Shown here: positions 38,074 through 46,993 of the stretch, piece by piece | Position numbering within the stretch: the first letter of the stretch is position 1 | How the letters are laid out: every line of letters begins with the position of its first letter | NCBI GenBank assembly: GCA_020073115.1 | Contig: JAIQFU010000001.1 | Location: 27,374-91,373 of the forward strand | DNA: 64,000 nucleotides | Reading direction: 5' to 3' | Origin: Terriglobia bacterium | Lineage (GTDB): Bacteria > Acidobacteriota > Terriglobia > Bryobacterales > Bryobacteraceae | The notes under the pieces: generated by a model | The model's input: the letters and a program-made list of their open reading frames with translations, nothing else | Databases searched by the model: none | What the model was told of the DNA's origin: nothing | Position numbers and translations under genes: made by a program

Positions 38074-39045
38074 ATGCAGCCCACCCTCGCCAGAACCAAG
38101 CCCTCGTGGACGCCCTATTTGAAAATTGCGCGGTTCGATCACTGGGTGAAGAACGTCTTCGTCCTGCCCGGCATTCTGACCGGCGTCGCGGCATCCGGCA
38201 AAATCGACCTGGGCCTGGGAATGCGCACGGCGCTGGGCCTGGTCGCGGTCGGCCTGATCGCGTCGAGCAATTACATCATCAACGAAATCATGGACGCGCC
38301 GTTCGACCGCTATCATCCCACCAAGCGGATGCGCCCCATCCCGGCGGGGCTGGTCTCCGTGCCCATCGCCTACTGCCTGTGGATCGCGTTCATGTTGGCC
38401 GGCATGGCGGCGGCCTGGGTTATCTCCATACCGTTCGCGGCGAGCCTGGGGGCGCTTTGGCTGATGGGCATCTGTTACAACATCCCGCCGCTGCGCACGA
38501 AAGACGTTCCGTACCTGGATGTCATCAGCGAAGCGGTCAACAACCCCTTGCGCATGCTGGCGGGCTGGTACATCACCCGGACGCCCAGCCTGCCGCCCGG
38601 CTCCCTGCTGGTCTGCTACTGGATGATCGGCGCTTACTTCATGGGCATCAAACGCTTCGCGGAGTATCGGGAAATCGGGAATCCGGCCGTGAGCGCGGCG
38701 TACCGGCGGTCGTTCGCGCATTATGACGAGCCCCGGCTGCTGGTTTCGGTGATGTTCTATGCCGCTTTCGCCATGCTGACTTTCGGCGCGTTCCTGGTGC
38801 GCTACCGCATGGAACTGGTGCTCAGCTTCCCGCTGGTGGCGGTGGTGATGGCGGTTTACCTCAAGCTCGCGTTCGAGCCGAACAGCGCCGTGCAGAACCC
38901 GGAATACCTGTACAAAGAGAAACGGCTGCTGATACCGGTCACCATCTGCGCCGTGGCGCTCATTGCGCTGCTGTTCGTGGACCTTCCGGTGCTCCACCAT
39001 GTCTTCTCGCCGCGTTTTTCGGGGATCGCGCCCGCTCAGCCGTAA
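38074..39045 (+). CDS. UbiA-family prenyltransferase resembling decaprenyl-phosphate phosphoribosyltransferase (DPPR synthase)
   Basis: 323 aa, about 8-9 TM helices. NYIINEIMDAPFDRYHPTKRMRPIPAG matches the NxxxDxxxD..HP.K..RP pattern. Second motif KDVPYLDVISE. 18-nt gap after the HAD gene with GGAAAGGGGA. Confidence 0.8.
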   Translation: MQPTLARTKPSWTPYLKIARFDHWVKNVFVLPGILTGVAASGKIDLGLGMRTALGLVAVGLIASSNYIINEIMDAPFDRYHPTKRMRPIPAGLVSVPIAYCLWIAFMLAGMAAAWVISIPFAASLGALWLMGICYNIPPLRTKDVPYLDVISEAVNNPLRMLAGWYITRTPSLPPGSLLVCYWMIGAYFMGIKRFAEYREIGNPAVSAAYRRSFAHYDEPRLLVSVMFYAAFAMLTFGAFLVRYRMELVLSFPLVAVVMAVYLKLAFEPNSAVQNPEYLYKEKRLLIPVTICAVALIALLFVDLPVLHHVFSPRFSGIAPAQP

Positions 39046-39087
39046 GGCCGCGGCAGAGTACTATAGGCTCTTCGCACCGGAATCGAA

Positions 39088-40332
39088 ATGGATTACCAAA
39101 CTGTTGCCGTCATTGGCCTGGGTTACATCGGGCTGCCGACGTCGGCCATTCTGGCCACTCACGGGATCCAGGTCGTGGGCGTCGATGTGAACCCGAACGT
39201 GGTGGCCACCATCAACCAGGGCCGGATCCACATCGTCGAACCGGAATTGGAGGCGGTGGTGAGCGGCGTGGTGGCCTCCGGCCGGCTCCGCGCGGTTTCC
39301 CGGCTGGAGGGCGCGGACGCATTCATCATCGCGGTGCCAACGCCCTTCAAGGACGATCACGCCCCGGACGTCTCCTACATCGAGCAAGCGGCGCGTTCCA
39401 TCGCTCCGCATCTCCGCGGCGGCGCGCTGGTGATCCTGGAATCCACCTCGCCGGTGGGAACCACCGAACAGCTTTCCCGCTGGCTGGCGCGGGAACGCTC
39501 GGATCTGCGCTTTCCCCACCAGGCCGCCGAAGCGGCCGACGTGAACGTGGTCTACTGTCCGGAGCGGGTGCTGCCCGGCCATGTGCTGCACGAACTGGTC
39601 TACAACGACCGCATCATCGGCGGGATCACCCGGCGCTGCGCCGAGCGCGCCGCTATACTCTACAACACGTTCCTGAAAGGGCAGTGCTTCATCACCGATT
39701 CGCGCACCGCGGAAATGGCGAAATTGAGCGAAAACGCGTTCCGCGACGCGAATATCGCGTTCGCCAACGAACTGGCGGCGATCGCCGACGTTTTCGATAT
39801 CAACCCCTGGAACGTCATCGAGTTGGCGAACCGCCACCCCAGGGTGAATATCCTGCAGCCGGGCCCCGGCGTGGGCGGGCACTGTATTGCGGTGGACCCG
39901 TGGTTCCTGGTGCACGGCGCTCCCGCGCAGGCCCGCCTGATCCGCACGGCGCGCGAAATCAACGATGCCCAGCCGCGGCAGGTGGTATGCAAGGTGAAGC
40001 AGCGCGCCGCCCGGTTCAGCGCGCCCGTGATCGCGTGTCTCGGTCTGGCTTACAAAGCCGATATCGACGACCTGCGCGAAAGCCCGGCGATGGAAATCGT
40101 CCGCGAGTTGGCGGAGGAACGGACGGGAACGCTGCTGGTGGTGGAGCCTCATATCAAAGAACTCCCCGGTTCGCTCCGCGATTTTCCGGAGTTGACGCTG
40201 GCGAACCTGAGCGAAGCCTGCGACAAGGCGGATATCATCCTGCTGCTGGTGAACCATCGTCAGTTCAAAGGGGTGGACCGGCGGCTGCTGCTGGAAAAAG
40301 TCGTCATCGACACCCGTGGTTTCTGGCGGTGA
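39088..40332 (+). CDS. wecC: UDP-N-acetyl-D-mannosamine (or related UDP-HexNAc) 6-dehydrogenase
   Basis: 414 aa. VAVIGLGYIGLPTSAILA, RIHIVEPEL, GVGGHCIAVDP (catalytic Cys) and GLAYKADIDDLRESPA. Confidence 0.8.
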   Translation: MDYQTVAVIGLGYIGLPTSAILATHGIQVVGVDVNPNVVATINQGRIHIVEPELEAVVSGVVASGRLRAVSRLEGADAFIIAVPTPFKDDHAPDVSYIEQAARSIAPHLRGGALVILESTSPVGTTEQLSRWLARERSDLRFPHQAAEAADVNVVYCPERVLPGHVLHELVYNDRIIGGITRRCAERAAILYNTFLKGQCFITDSRTAEMAKLSENAFRDANIAFANELAAIADVFDINPWNVIELANRHPRVNILQPGPGVGGHCIAVDPWFLVHGAPAQARLIRTAREINDAQPRQVVCKVKQRAARFSAPVIACLGLAYKADIDDLRESPAMEIVRELAEERTGTLLVVEPHIKELPGSLRDFPELTLANLSEACDKADIILLLVNHRQFKGVDRRLLLEKVVIDTRGFWR

Positions 40333-40928
40333 GGCGGCTTCGGCGGGTTCTGGCCGGTTTTTGCGCGGCGCTGGGGCTGCTCGTCCTGCTGGTCACGTTT
40401 ACGCCGCTCACGTCCTGGTATGGCCGGGCCCTCGCGGGGAGATGGGACGATCCCGAGGGTGACATGCTGATCGTGCTGGGGGACGGGGATTTTTCGGACG
40501 GGATTCCCGCCGAGGGCAGCATCTTCCGTACGGTATCCGCGCTGCGGGCGTACCAGACGGGGCATTTCCGCAAGGTCGTTCCGGTGGGATACAAAGTCGG
40601 CGCGGAAATGGGCGAGCTGCTGGCGTGCCGCGGCGTGCCGCGGGAGAAGCTGATGACCGAAGACGCGTCCCGGTCCACGCGCGAGAACGCCTTGTACACG
40701 GCCCGCCTGCTGGCGGCGGAGAGCGGCTCTAAGGTGCTGCTGACCAGCGACTTCCATATGTTTCGGGCCCAGCGGGCATTCCGCAAGGCGGGGTTGGCGA
40801 CGCTGCCGCGCCCGGTCCCCGACGCCCTCAAGCGCTCCACGCGTTTCTGGCGGCGCTGGCCCGCCTTTCAGGACGAAGCGGTCGAAACGGTGAAGATCGT
40901 TTATTACTACCTTCGGGGCTGGATCTAG
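40329..40928 (+). CDS. DUF218 (YdcF/ElyC/SanA-like) domain protein
   Basis: GTG start overlapping the wecC stop (GTGA 40329-40332). N-terminal TM helix, then LIVLGDG...STRENALYTARLL...VLLTSDFHMFRAQRAF. The 414-aa ORF-track version is a shadow extension. Confidence 0.7.
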   Translation: MRRLRRVLAGFCAALGLLVLLVTFTPLTSWYGRALAGRWDDPEGDMLIVLGDGDFSDGIPAEGSIFRTVSALRAYQTGHFRKVVPVGYKVGAEMGELLACRGVPREKLMTEDASRSTRENALYTARLLAAESGSKVLLTSDFHMFRAQRAFRKAGLATLPRPVPDALKRSTRFWRRWPAFQDEAVETVKIVYYYLRGWI

Positions 40929-41023
40929 CCGTCTGATCGGTACGGGGGCGGAAGAAAAGTGACACGTTTTTGGATTAGCCGCCGAGGCGCAGAGACGCCG
41001 GGTTGGAAGGAGGGAGCCGCCAC

Positions 41024-41211
41024 CCGGTACGATCCGTGCAAGGGCAAACCGGGTACAGGCACGAAGTTTCGCAAAGGCGGCGAAATTCGAGCCAGTCCCC
41101 GCTTTGCAGCCCGGTACGATCCGTGCAAGGGCAAACCGGGTACAGGCACGAAGTTTCGCAAAGGCGGCGAAATTCGAGCCAGTCCCCGCTTTGCAGCCCC
41201 GCTTTGCGGCC
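41024..41211 (+). repeat. family-1 structured repeat, two tandem 87-bp units (D, E) plus a 14-bp partial third
   Basis: Unit ccggtacgatccgtgcaagggcaaaccgggtacaggcacgaagtttcgcaaaggcggcgaaattcgagccagtccccgctttgcagc at 41024-41110 and 41111-41197, followed by cccgctttgcggcc. Confidence 0.9.
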
Positions 41212-41247
41212 TGGGCCGATACGCGACGCTATTTTCGCCGCACTCCC

Positions 41248-42405
41248 CTAGGCGCGCGGCTGAGGCTCCGGTGCGATGCGGGTGGGACGCCACAGCCACC
41301 CGGGCGGAACGACGAATACGGCGATCGACAGCAGCGCCGCGGCATTCATCACGAAGAAGCTCTTGGCGGGAGACGAGATGCGCTTGATCCAGGAGTTCCC
41401 GGGGACCAGGTAATCGCTCAGCGCAAAGGCGACGAACAGCAGTTCGTCCGAGAGAAGAAACGTGCGGAAGGGCGAGGCGGCCAGTCCCAACGTCGCGCCC
41501 CATATCAGCAAAATGGCCCACGGCAGCGCCAGGCGCGACGTCTTGTGGGAAAGAAAATGGATGCGCATCCGGTTGGCCCGGGTGAACAGCCGCGGCGACC
41601 GGACGTGGACCTGCCAGAGGCCCGCCAACGTTCGCATCTTTCGGCGCAGCTCGCCGCCCTCGATGTTGGGGTAATCGAATGCGAGCGCCTTCGGGTCGAC
41701 AATCACGCGGTAGCCCGCGAACAGGGCGTTTAAGGGGATCACGCCGTCGTCGGTGAGGGTGTCGGCGGGAATCGGCCTGGCAAGACTGCGGCGGAGCGCG
41801 TAAATCCAGCCCGTGGTATTGCAGGCCGAGTCGATTTCCGCATGCCGCCGGCGGGCCCAAAGCTCGTAGCGCCAGTAGACTTCCATGTCGGCCTGTTCGC
41901 CGGTGAGGTTCGGATCGAGAAACCGGGGTTCGCCGGTGGCCGCGCCGACGGCCGGGTCGGCGAAATTCGCTACCAGATGCGACAGCGAATCGGGATGGAT
42001 GAGTTGCCGGACGTCGGTGAAGAACAGGATCTCACCGGAGGCGTGCGGCAAAGCCAGGTTCAGCGCCGCCGGCTTGCCGCCCCGCGGAGCGCGCAGGAGG
42101 CGCACGCCGCGATCTGAAAACGACTCCACAATCGCCTCCGTCGCATCCGTGGACCCATCCGAGACGACCAGGATCTCCACCAGCTCGCGCGGGTAGTTCA
42201 GGGAGAGCAGGCATTCCAGCTTTTTCCGAATGAAACGCTCGCCGTTATGCACCGCCAGCAGGACGGAAACGGAGGCGCGGAACCGCGGGTCTTTCTTCAC
42301 CGGCGGCGCGGAGCGCCGGAAGAAATACGCAAGCAGAACCGGATACCCGATGAGGATGTAAAAAACGATCGCCGTCCCCGCCGCCAGGAAAAACGGAGCC
42401 GCCAT
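41248..42405 (-). CDS. family 2 glycosyltransferase with terminal TM segments; paralog of 8146..9300
   Basis: 385 aa, colinear with 8146..9300 (35 of the first 60 residues identical by hand count). Motifs LLAVHNGERFI and VVSDGSTDAT. Confidence 0.85.
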   Translation of the reverse strand: MAAPFFLAAGTAIVFYILIGYPVLLAYFFRRSAPPVKKDPRFRASVSVLLAVHNGERFIRKKLECLLSLNYPRELVEILVVSDGSTDATEAIVESFSDRGVRLLRAPRGGKPAALNLALPHASGEILFFTDVRQLIHPDSLSHLVANFADPAVGAATGEPRFLDPNLTGEQADMEVYWRYELWARRRHAEIDSACNTTGWIYALRRSLARPIPADTLTDDGVIPLNALFAGYRVIVDPKALAFDYPNIEGGELRRKMRTLAGLWQVHVRSPRLFTRANRMRIHFLSHKTSRLALPWAILLIWGATLGLAASPFRTFLLSDELLFVAFALSDYLVPGNSWIKRISSPAKSFFVMNAAALLSIAVFVVPPGWLWRPTRIAPEPQPRA

Positions 42406-43761
42406 TCAGACCCCCGGCGCCGGGTCGCCGGCCGCCATCTCCGCTTGCGATTGGAAACGAGGGTGCGTAAACGCCTGCAGAAAGATGGAAAAATCCAGGG
42501 AAGGGGAGATGGACTTGACGTAGTAGAGATCGTACTCGAGGGCGGTCATCACGTCGGCGGCGTTATTCAGCAGGCTCCAGCTCACCAGTCCCGGTTTCAC
42601 CGAGTATGCCAGCCGGTAATGCGGCAGGGTCTCGATCAGCGCGTTGGCGAAATCGGCGCGCAGCGGGGGCGGACCCACCAGGGCCATCTCTCCCCGGAGT
42701 ACATTCAGCAACTGGGGAAGATGATCGAGGCGAAGGCGTTGCAGCCAGACGCCGAGAGAGGTCGCCTGGCGCCGCGCTCCGGCCGGGGTCTCGACGATCT
42801 CGTGGCAGCGGAAACGGAAGCGGGTGAACGGGGTGAGGCGCCAGCCGGTGGTGAGTTGGGCCTCCAGGACCGGCCCGCCGTGGAGGATGCGAATGAGCGC
42901 CGCGATCAAGAGCATCAGCGGCGAAAGTACGGCGAGGGCGGCCAGCACGAGGAGATTGGCATAGATCGTTTGCAGCACGATTTTCGGCCTGGCCGGGGCG
43001 AACTCGACGCCGAAGAGCACGTCCGCCGGGTGGATTCCGCAGACCCGCGCAAAGAGCATCTCATAAAGAGCGTCCGGCTTTTCGAGGAAGCCCGGAATGC
43101 CGCAATGATCCACCATGCTGAGCGGAGCTGTCGCGCCGGAGAAGTCGGCGACGATGCGGTGGTAGGCGACGGTGCGGCGGATCTCGGACAGGGCGCTGGC
43201 CGGCCCCAGGACTCGGGCGCCTTCCAGAACGGTCCCGGGCTCGATGGCGTCGTCCAGAAAACCGGCGACGGCATATCCGAACTCGGGCCTGGCCAGGATG
43301 CGCGCGGCGATGGCGCGGTTCACGGGCGTGGCGCCCACCAGCAGGATGCGTTCGGGGCCGAAGCTTCCGGACAGCAAGCCATAGTAGACGAAGCGGCTGA
43401 GGAGCAGGGCGACAAAGGCCAGAGCGCTGCCGAACAGCATGAGGGTTACGGGCAGCGCCAGGTCTCTTTGCAGGTAGAAGACCCCCGCTTCGAGGAGGAA
43501 AGCCATCCCCAGCGCGGTTGTGAGGCGGAGCGCCAGATCCAGTCCCACCTGCCGGCGCTGCGCGGCATACAGTCCTTGAAAATACAGCAGGATGAGGACG
43601 CCGCCGGCGGTCAGGACATCGGCGCTCAGGCCATTGTCGTAAATCAGGTAGACGGCCGCGCCGTTTCCCCGCCAGAGATACGTGGCGAGCACGTAGCAGC
43701 CGATCATCAAAAGAAAATCGAGGATGGCCAACGGCCCGGCTCTTTGCGACAGACTACGCAT
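42406..43761 (-). CDS. bacterial sugar transferase (PGT) paralog with degenerate catalytic motifs
   Basis: 451 aa with the same architecture as 30632..32020. Its motifs read RFRFRCH (vs KFRSM), RLDHLPQLLNVLRGEMALVGPPP (vs DELPQ...GPRP) and PGLVSWSLL (vs PGITGWAQ). Confidence 0.75.
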   Translation of the reverse strand: MRSLSQRAGPLAILDFLLMIGCYVLATYLWRGNGAAVYLIYDNGLSADVLTAGGVLILLYFQGLYAAQRRQVGLDLALRLTTALGMAFLLEAGVFYLQRDLALPVTLMLFGSALAFVALLLSRFVYYGLLSGSFGPERILLVGATPVNRAIAARILARPEFGYAVAGFLDDAIEPGTVLEGARVLGPASALSEIRRTVAYHRIVADFSGATAPLSMVDHCGIPGFLEKPDALYEMLFARVCGIHPADVLFGVEFAPARPKIVLQTIYANLLVLAALAVLSPLMLLIAALIRILHGGPVLEAQLTTGWRLTPFTRFRFRCHEIVETPAGARRQATSLGVWLQRLRLDHLPQLLNVLRGEMALVGPPPLRADFANALIETLPHYRLAYSVKPGLVSWSLLNNAADVMTALEYDLYYVKSISPSLDFSIFLQAFTHPRFQSQAEMAAGDPAPGV

Positions 43762-43765
43762 GAGA

Positions 43766-45169
43766 TCACGAAACTCCAGCGGCTTGGACGCGGGGCTTTC
43801 CCCCCAGCCGTTCGGTCAGCGCGACGCGCAAGACATCGGCCAGGGGACCTATCGCCGAATGGATGTCATCGCCGTGAAAATCCCGCGCCAACTCGATAAA
43901 ACCGTTTTCGGAAAACCCGATTCGTATCGTCCAGTATTCCGGCTCGGTGACATGCGGCGGCCACTCGCGGTAAGAGGTTCCGTTCACTTGAAAATGGACG
44001 GCGCTGAACCCCAGAACGCTGTAATGCTGGCGGATGACATGCCAGCAGTCTTCCGGCGTATCCGCGGCGCGGAGCGCGGTGGAGAAGTTCTCCATGGCGA
44101 ACTGCGCATCGAGAACCCGCTGAAAGGTACGGATCCGGAAGACCCGGCCGGCCAGGGTGAATTCCTTGTATCCCAGGTAGCGGATGCCCATCCGAATAAT
44201 GAGAACGAACAGGACCGCCAGCACGAGCGCGACGTACCGGTTGCTGGTGAAGCTCTGGAGCAGGGCGAAGGCGGCCGCGATGCCGCAAACCCCATAAATG
44301 ACCAGGACGACGCGGCGCGGCGAAAGGCCGCGGTCGATGAGGCGATGGTGGATATGGCCACGGTCGGCGCCGAAGATCGGCTTACTGCGGAGAAAGCGGC
44401 GGAAGATGGCCAGCACGACATCGAGCAAGGGCAGCGAAAGAACCATCAGCGGAGCCATCATGCTCAGGACGGTGAGAGATTTCCGGGTCCAGATGGCGCC
44501 GTAACAGCCTAACAGGAATCCGATCAGCAGACTTCCGCAATCGCCGAGGAAAATGGTGGCGGGATTGAAGTTGTAGCAGAGAAACGCGAGCAGGCATCCC
44601 GCCAGGGGCAGGGTGGCGATGATCAGGGCGGTGTCGTGGTGGATGGCGGCCCCGATGAAGATGGTCAGGGTAGAGAGCAGGCCGATTCCGGCGGCCAGGC
44701 CATCCAGCCCGTCCATGAGGTTGAAAGCGTTGGTGCAGGCCAGGAGCCAGAGGATCGTAATCAGGAAGGTAGACCAGTTCCCGGTGGCGTGCCCGCCGAC
44801 GGTCAGGACCCGCACGCCCGCCCAATACGCCATGACCGCGGCCACGGTCTGGCCGGCCAATTTCTGCCAGGGTTTGAGGCTGACGAAATCATCGATGAGC
44901 CCGATGGTGAAAACGACGCTCAAAGACGGAAGCAGCCGCATGACGAGGGGAGCTCCGTCCAGTTGGGAATCCGGGGTGAAAAATGAGGCGAGTACGTAGG
45001 AGATAGCGATTGCTATCCCGCCGACCCGCGGAATGGGATGGGGGTGAATCTTACGTCCGGAATCCGGGTGGTCTACGATATCGTAGACCCGGAAAATATC
45101 CCGGATAATAGGCGTAAGAATAAGCGAAAAAACGAAAGCCCTCAACCCCAGCCAGATCAGAGTGGCCAT
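43766..45169 (-). CDS. WecA/MraY-family polyprenyl-phosphate N-acetylhexosamine-1-phosphate transferase with C-terminal extension of roughly 100-plus aa
   Basis: 467 aa. Motifs RKIHPHPIPRVGGIAI, GLIDDFVSLKPWQKL, NAFNLMDGLDGLAAG and FLGDCGSLLIG. A soluble tail follows the last helix. Confidence 0.85.
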   Translation of the reverse strand: MATLIWLGLRAFVFSLILTPIIRDIFRVYDIVDHPDSGRKIHPHPIPRVGGIAIAISYVLASFFTPDSQLDGAPLVMRLLPSLSVVFTIGLIDDFVSLKPWQKLAGQTVAAVMAYWAGVRVLTVGGHATGNWSTFLITILWLLACTNAFNLMDGLDGLAAGIGLLSTLTIFIGAAIHHDTALIIATLPLAGCLLAFLCYNFNPATIFLGDCGSLLIGFLLGCYGAIWTRKSLTVLSMMAPLMVLSLPLLDVVLAIFRRFLRSKPIFGADRGHIHHRLIDRGLSPRRVVLVIYGVCGIAAAFALLQSFTSNRYVALVLAVLFVLIIRMGIRYLGYKEFTLAGRVFRIRTFQRVLDAQFAMENFSTALRAADTPEDCWHVIRQHYSVLGFSAVHFQVNGTSYREWPPHVTEPEYWTIRIGFSENGFIELARDFHGDDIHSAIGPLADVLRVALTERLGGKPRVQAAGVS

Positions 45170-45220
45170 AGGACCTGCTAGCTGAATCGCATGCCTGCCG
45201 CCGCGCAGCCGTTCATGGGA

Positions 45221-45553
45221 TCACACTCCCGCCGCATTCGCTCTCGAGTCGGAAGCGACAGGCGCGCGCAAACCGGCGCGGACCTGCTGCACGTCGCTCC
45301 AGAGAAGCGCATGCTGGATCTCCAGCAACACCTGGGTTCCGTCGGGAACGCGTTCGAAGGAGAGGACTTCGGCGAGGAGCATGCGATCGGGAGTATCCAA
45401 TTGAACGGCCGCGCCGACAGCCAGCGGCGCGCCGCACGTCACCAACATCCGGTTCCCATCAACGCGCTCGACCCACGCATCGAAGACTGGTTTCTCGGCC
45501 TGAAGGACCTTGAGGCGCAATCCGGAATTTACGAGCTTCGAATTGAGATCCAT
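45221..45553 (-). CDS. small cytoplasmic protein (110 aa), possibly a non-canonical PilZ-like beta-barrel
   Basis: ATG preceded by GAGGAGG at appropriate spacing. The segment VERVDGNRMLVTCGAPLAVGAAVQL...AEVLSFERV resembles PilZ core strands, but no RxxxR or D/NxSxxG motif is present. Confidence 0.4.
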   Translation of the reverse strand: MDLNSKLVNSGLRLKVLQAEKPVFDAWVERVDGNRMLVTCGAPLAVGAAVQLDTPDRMLLAEVLSFERVPDGTQVLLEIQHALLWSDVQQVRAGLRAPVASDSRANAAGV

Positions 45554-45676
45554 GGTCCGGCCTCCTCATTCCCACGCACAATCCTGGGCAGGATTGTAGC
45601 ATATAGACACGGATATATAGGTGTAAGAAGGCCTCTTTAGTAATAAGGGGATCCCTGCGGCCGGGCCGCCGGCGCC

Positions 45677-46993
45677 TCACCAGATCCGCAGCGGGATATC
45701 GCCGGGGGAGAAGCCCAGGCCCAAGGTTGCGGTGTAGATGAGGCGGTTGTACCCGCTGAAGCTCGCACTCTGATACCGGCGCGCATAAAAACTCGCCACG
45801 GCGTGCAGGGACCGGGCAATCTGCCGCGATGCGGTGAGGTTCCCGCCGAGGTCACCGTACGTGCCCTGATAGTTCCCAATCGAATCGCCGCGATCGTATA
45901 GCGCCTGGATTGCGAAGCTCCAATGCCGAATCCCGGTATAGGTATATCCCGCCACCCCGGTGGTCATGACGGACGTGAGGAACAGGCCGTTGCCGGGCGT
46001 CACGGAATGCCCGCCGCTGAGGTATACGACGCCCTTTTCGAACCGCCGCGACAGCCGGCCGCTGATGTTGGGAACGTGGTCGATGCGGTGGTTGATTACG
46101 GGTGCGGAGTAGATTCCGATCACGGCCGCGATGGCGGGATCGATGGGAACGCTCTGAATGAATGTCGTTTCGGCTCTCAGGATTCCGCCGTAGAGCGAGA
46201 ATTCCAGGTTCCGGGTGATCCGGACGCCGTACGTGCCGACGATGCTATGGAAATCGGTGCCGCTGTAAATGCCGTGATAGGCGAAATGCTCGTAGTTATA
46301 CCCGACGCCAACCGTGCTCCGGCGGCTGAAACGATACTGCATGTCGGCGCGCGCTCCGGCTCCCGAGACCCCGAAGAGCGCGGTGGAGCGGCGGCGGACC
46401 AGATAACCGTCGCCTCCGAGGTTGAAAGAAAGGCGCTGGCTTTTTTGAATCGTGTAGTCGGCCTGGCTGCTGACATAGAACGCCCGGTTATCGTAAAAAT
46501 CCGTGGTGGGGTTGTAGGTGGTCGCGGGGTCGAAGGCTATCGTGCTCGGCAGCCCGTACATCCCATAGGGGCGCGAGTACAGCCCGGCGCTCTCCCGCAG
46601 GGTGAGGCTCGTATGCCGGGTGAATTGATGGGAAAGGCTAAGCATTAACGATTGATCGGAGCCGTCGTAATACGTTGTCTTGGTGTAGTGGTAGACGGAC
46701 CCCCGATAATCCAATCCCAGGCTGGTATGTTTCCAGCTATGCGCCCCACTGACGCCGCCGGTGAATGTGAGTCCGAAAGCCGCCGTATTGCCGAGCTGCC
46801 CCTTCGAATCGACTCCCACGCCGGCAAGGCCGGTATCGTAAACGCTGCTGAACTCGAAGAAAGGGCGGAAGCTGATCTGGGCGCCCTGTAAGCCGGCCGG
46901 GGCTTCGCCGCGGGTGAGGATCGCCGGCCCGGCGTATTGCGCAAACAGCGGCGCCACCCAAGCGGCGATCGACAGTACGCGTAGCAACTTCAA
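45677..46993 (-). CDS. outer-membrane beta-barrel protein (EPS-locus associated, EpsL-like)
   Basis: 438 aa. TTG start with GGGAGGA upstream. Signal peptide MKLLRVLSIAAWVAPLFAQ. Alternating-hydrophobic strands rich in Y/G/S/T. C-terminal aromatic ...PLRIW. Confidence 0.7.
   Translation of the reverse strand: MKLLRVLSIAAWVAPLFAQYAGPAILTRGEAPAGLQGAQISFRPFFEFSSVYDTGLAGVGVDSKGQLGNTAAFGLTFTGGVSGAHSWKHTSLGLDYRGSVYHYTKTTYYDGSDQSLMLSLSHQFTRHTSLTLRESAGLYSRPYGMYGLPSTIAFDPATTYNPTTDFYDNRAFYVSSQADYTIQKSQRLSFNLGGDGYLVRRRSTALFGVSGAGARADMQYRFSRRSTVGVGYNYEHFAYHGIYSGTDFHSIVGTYGVRITRNLEFSLYGGILRAETTFIQSVPIDPAIAAVIGIYSAPVINHRIDHVPNISGRLSRRFEKGVVYLSGGHSVTPGNGLFLTSVMTTGVAGYTYTGIRHWSFAIQALYDRGDSIGNYQGTYGDLGGNLTASRQIARSLHAVASFYARRYQSASFSGYNRLIYTATLGLGFSPGDIPLRIW

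Noticed and set aside
41024-41211. Possible CRISPR array
   Set aside because: There are only two directly abutting 87-bp units with no spacers, and the same unit occurs singly elsewhere. No cas genes are in the window.
42247-43899. 550-aa antisense ORF over the degenerate PGT gene; similar cases at 55839-57425, 11997-13592, 48140-49597, 39061-40257 and 38008-39000
   Set aside because: All lie opposite genes with clear motifs, are rich in R/G/P/H/Q and carry no family signatures.
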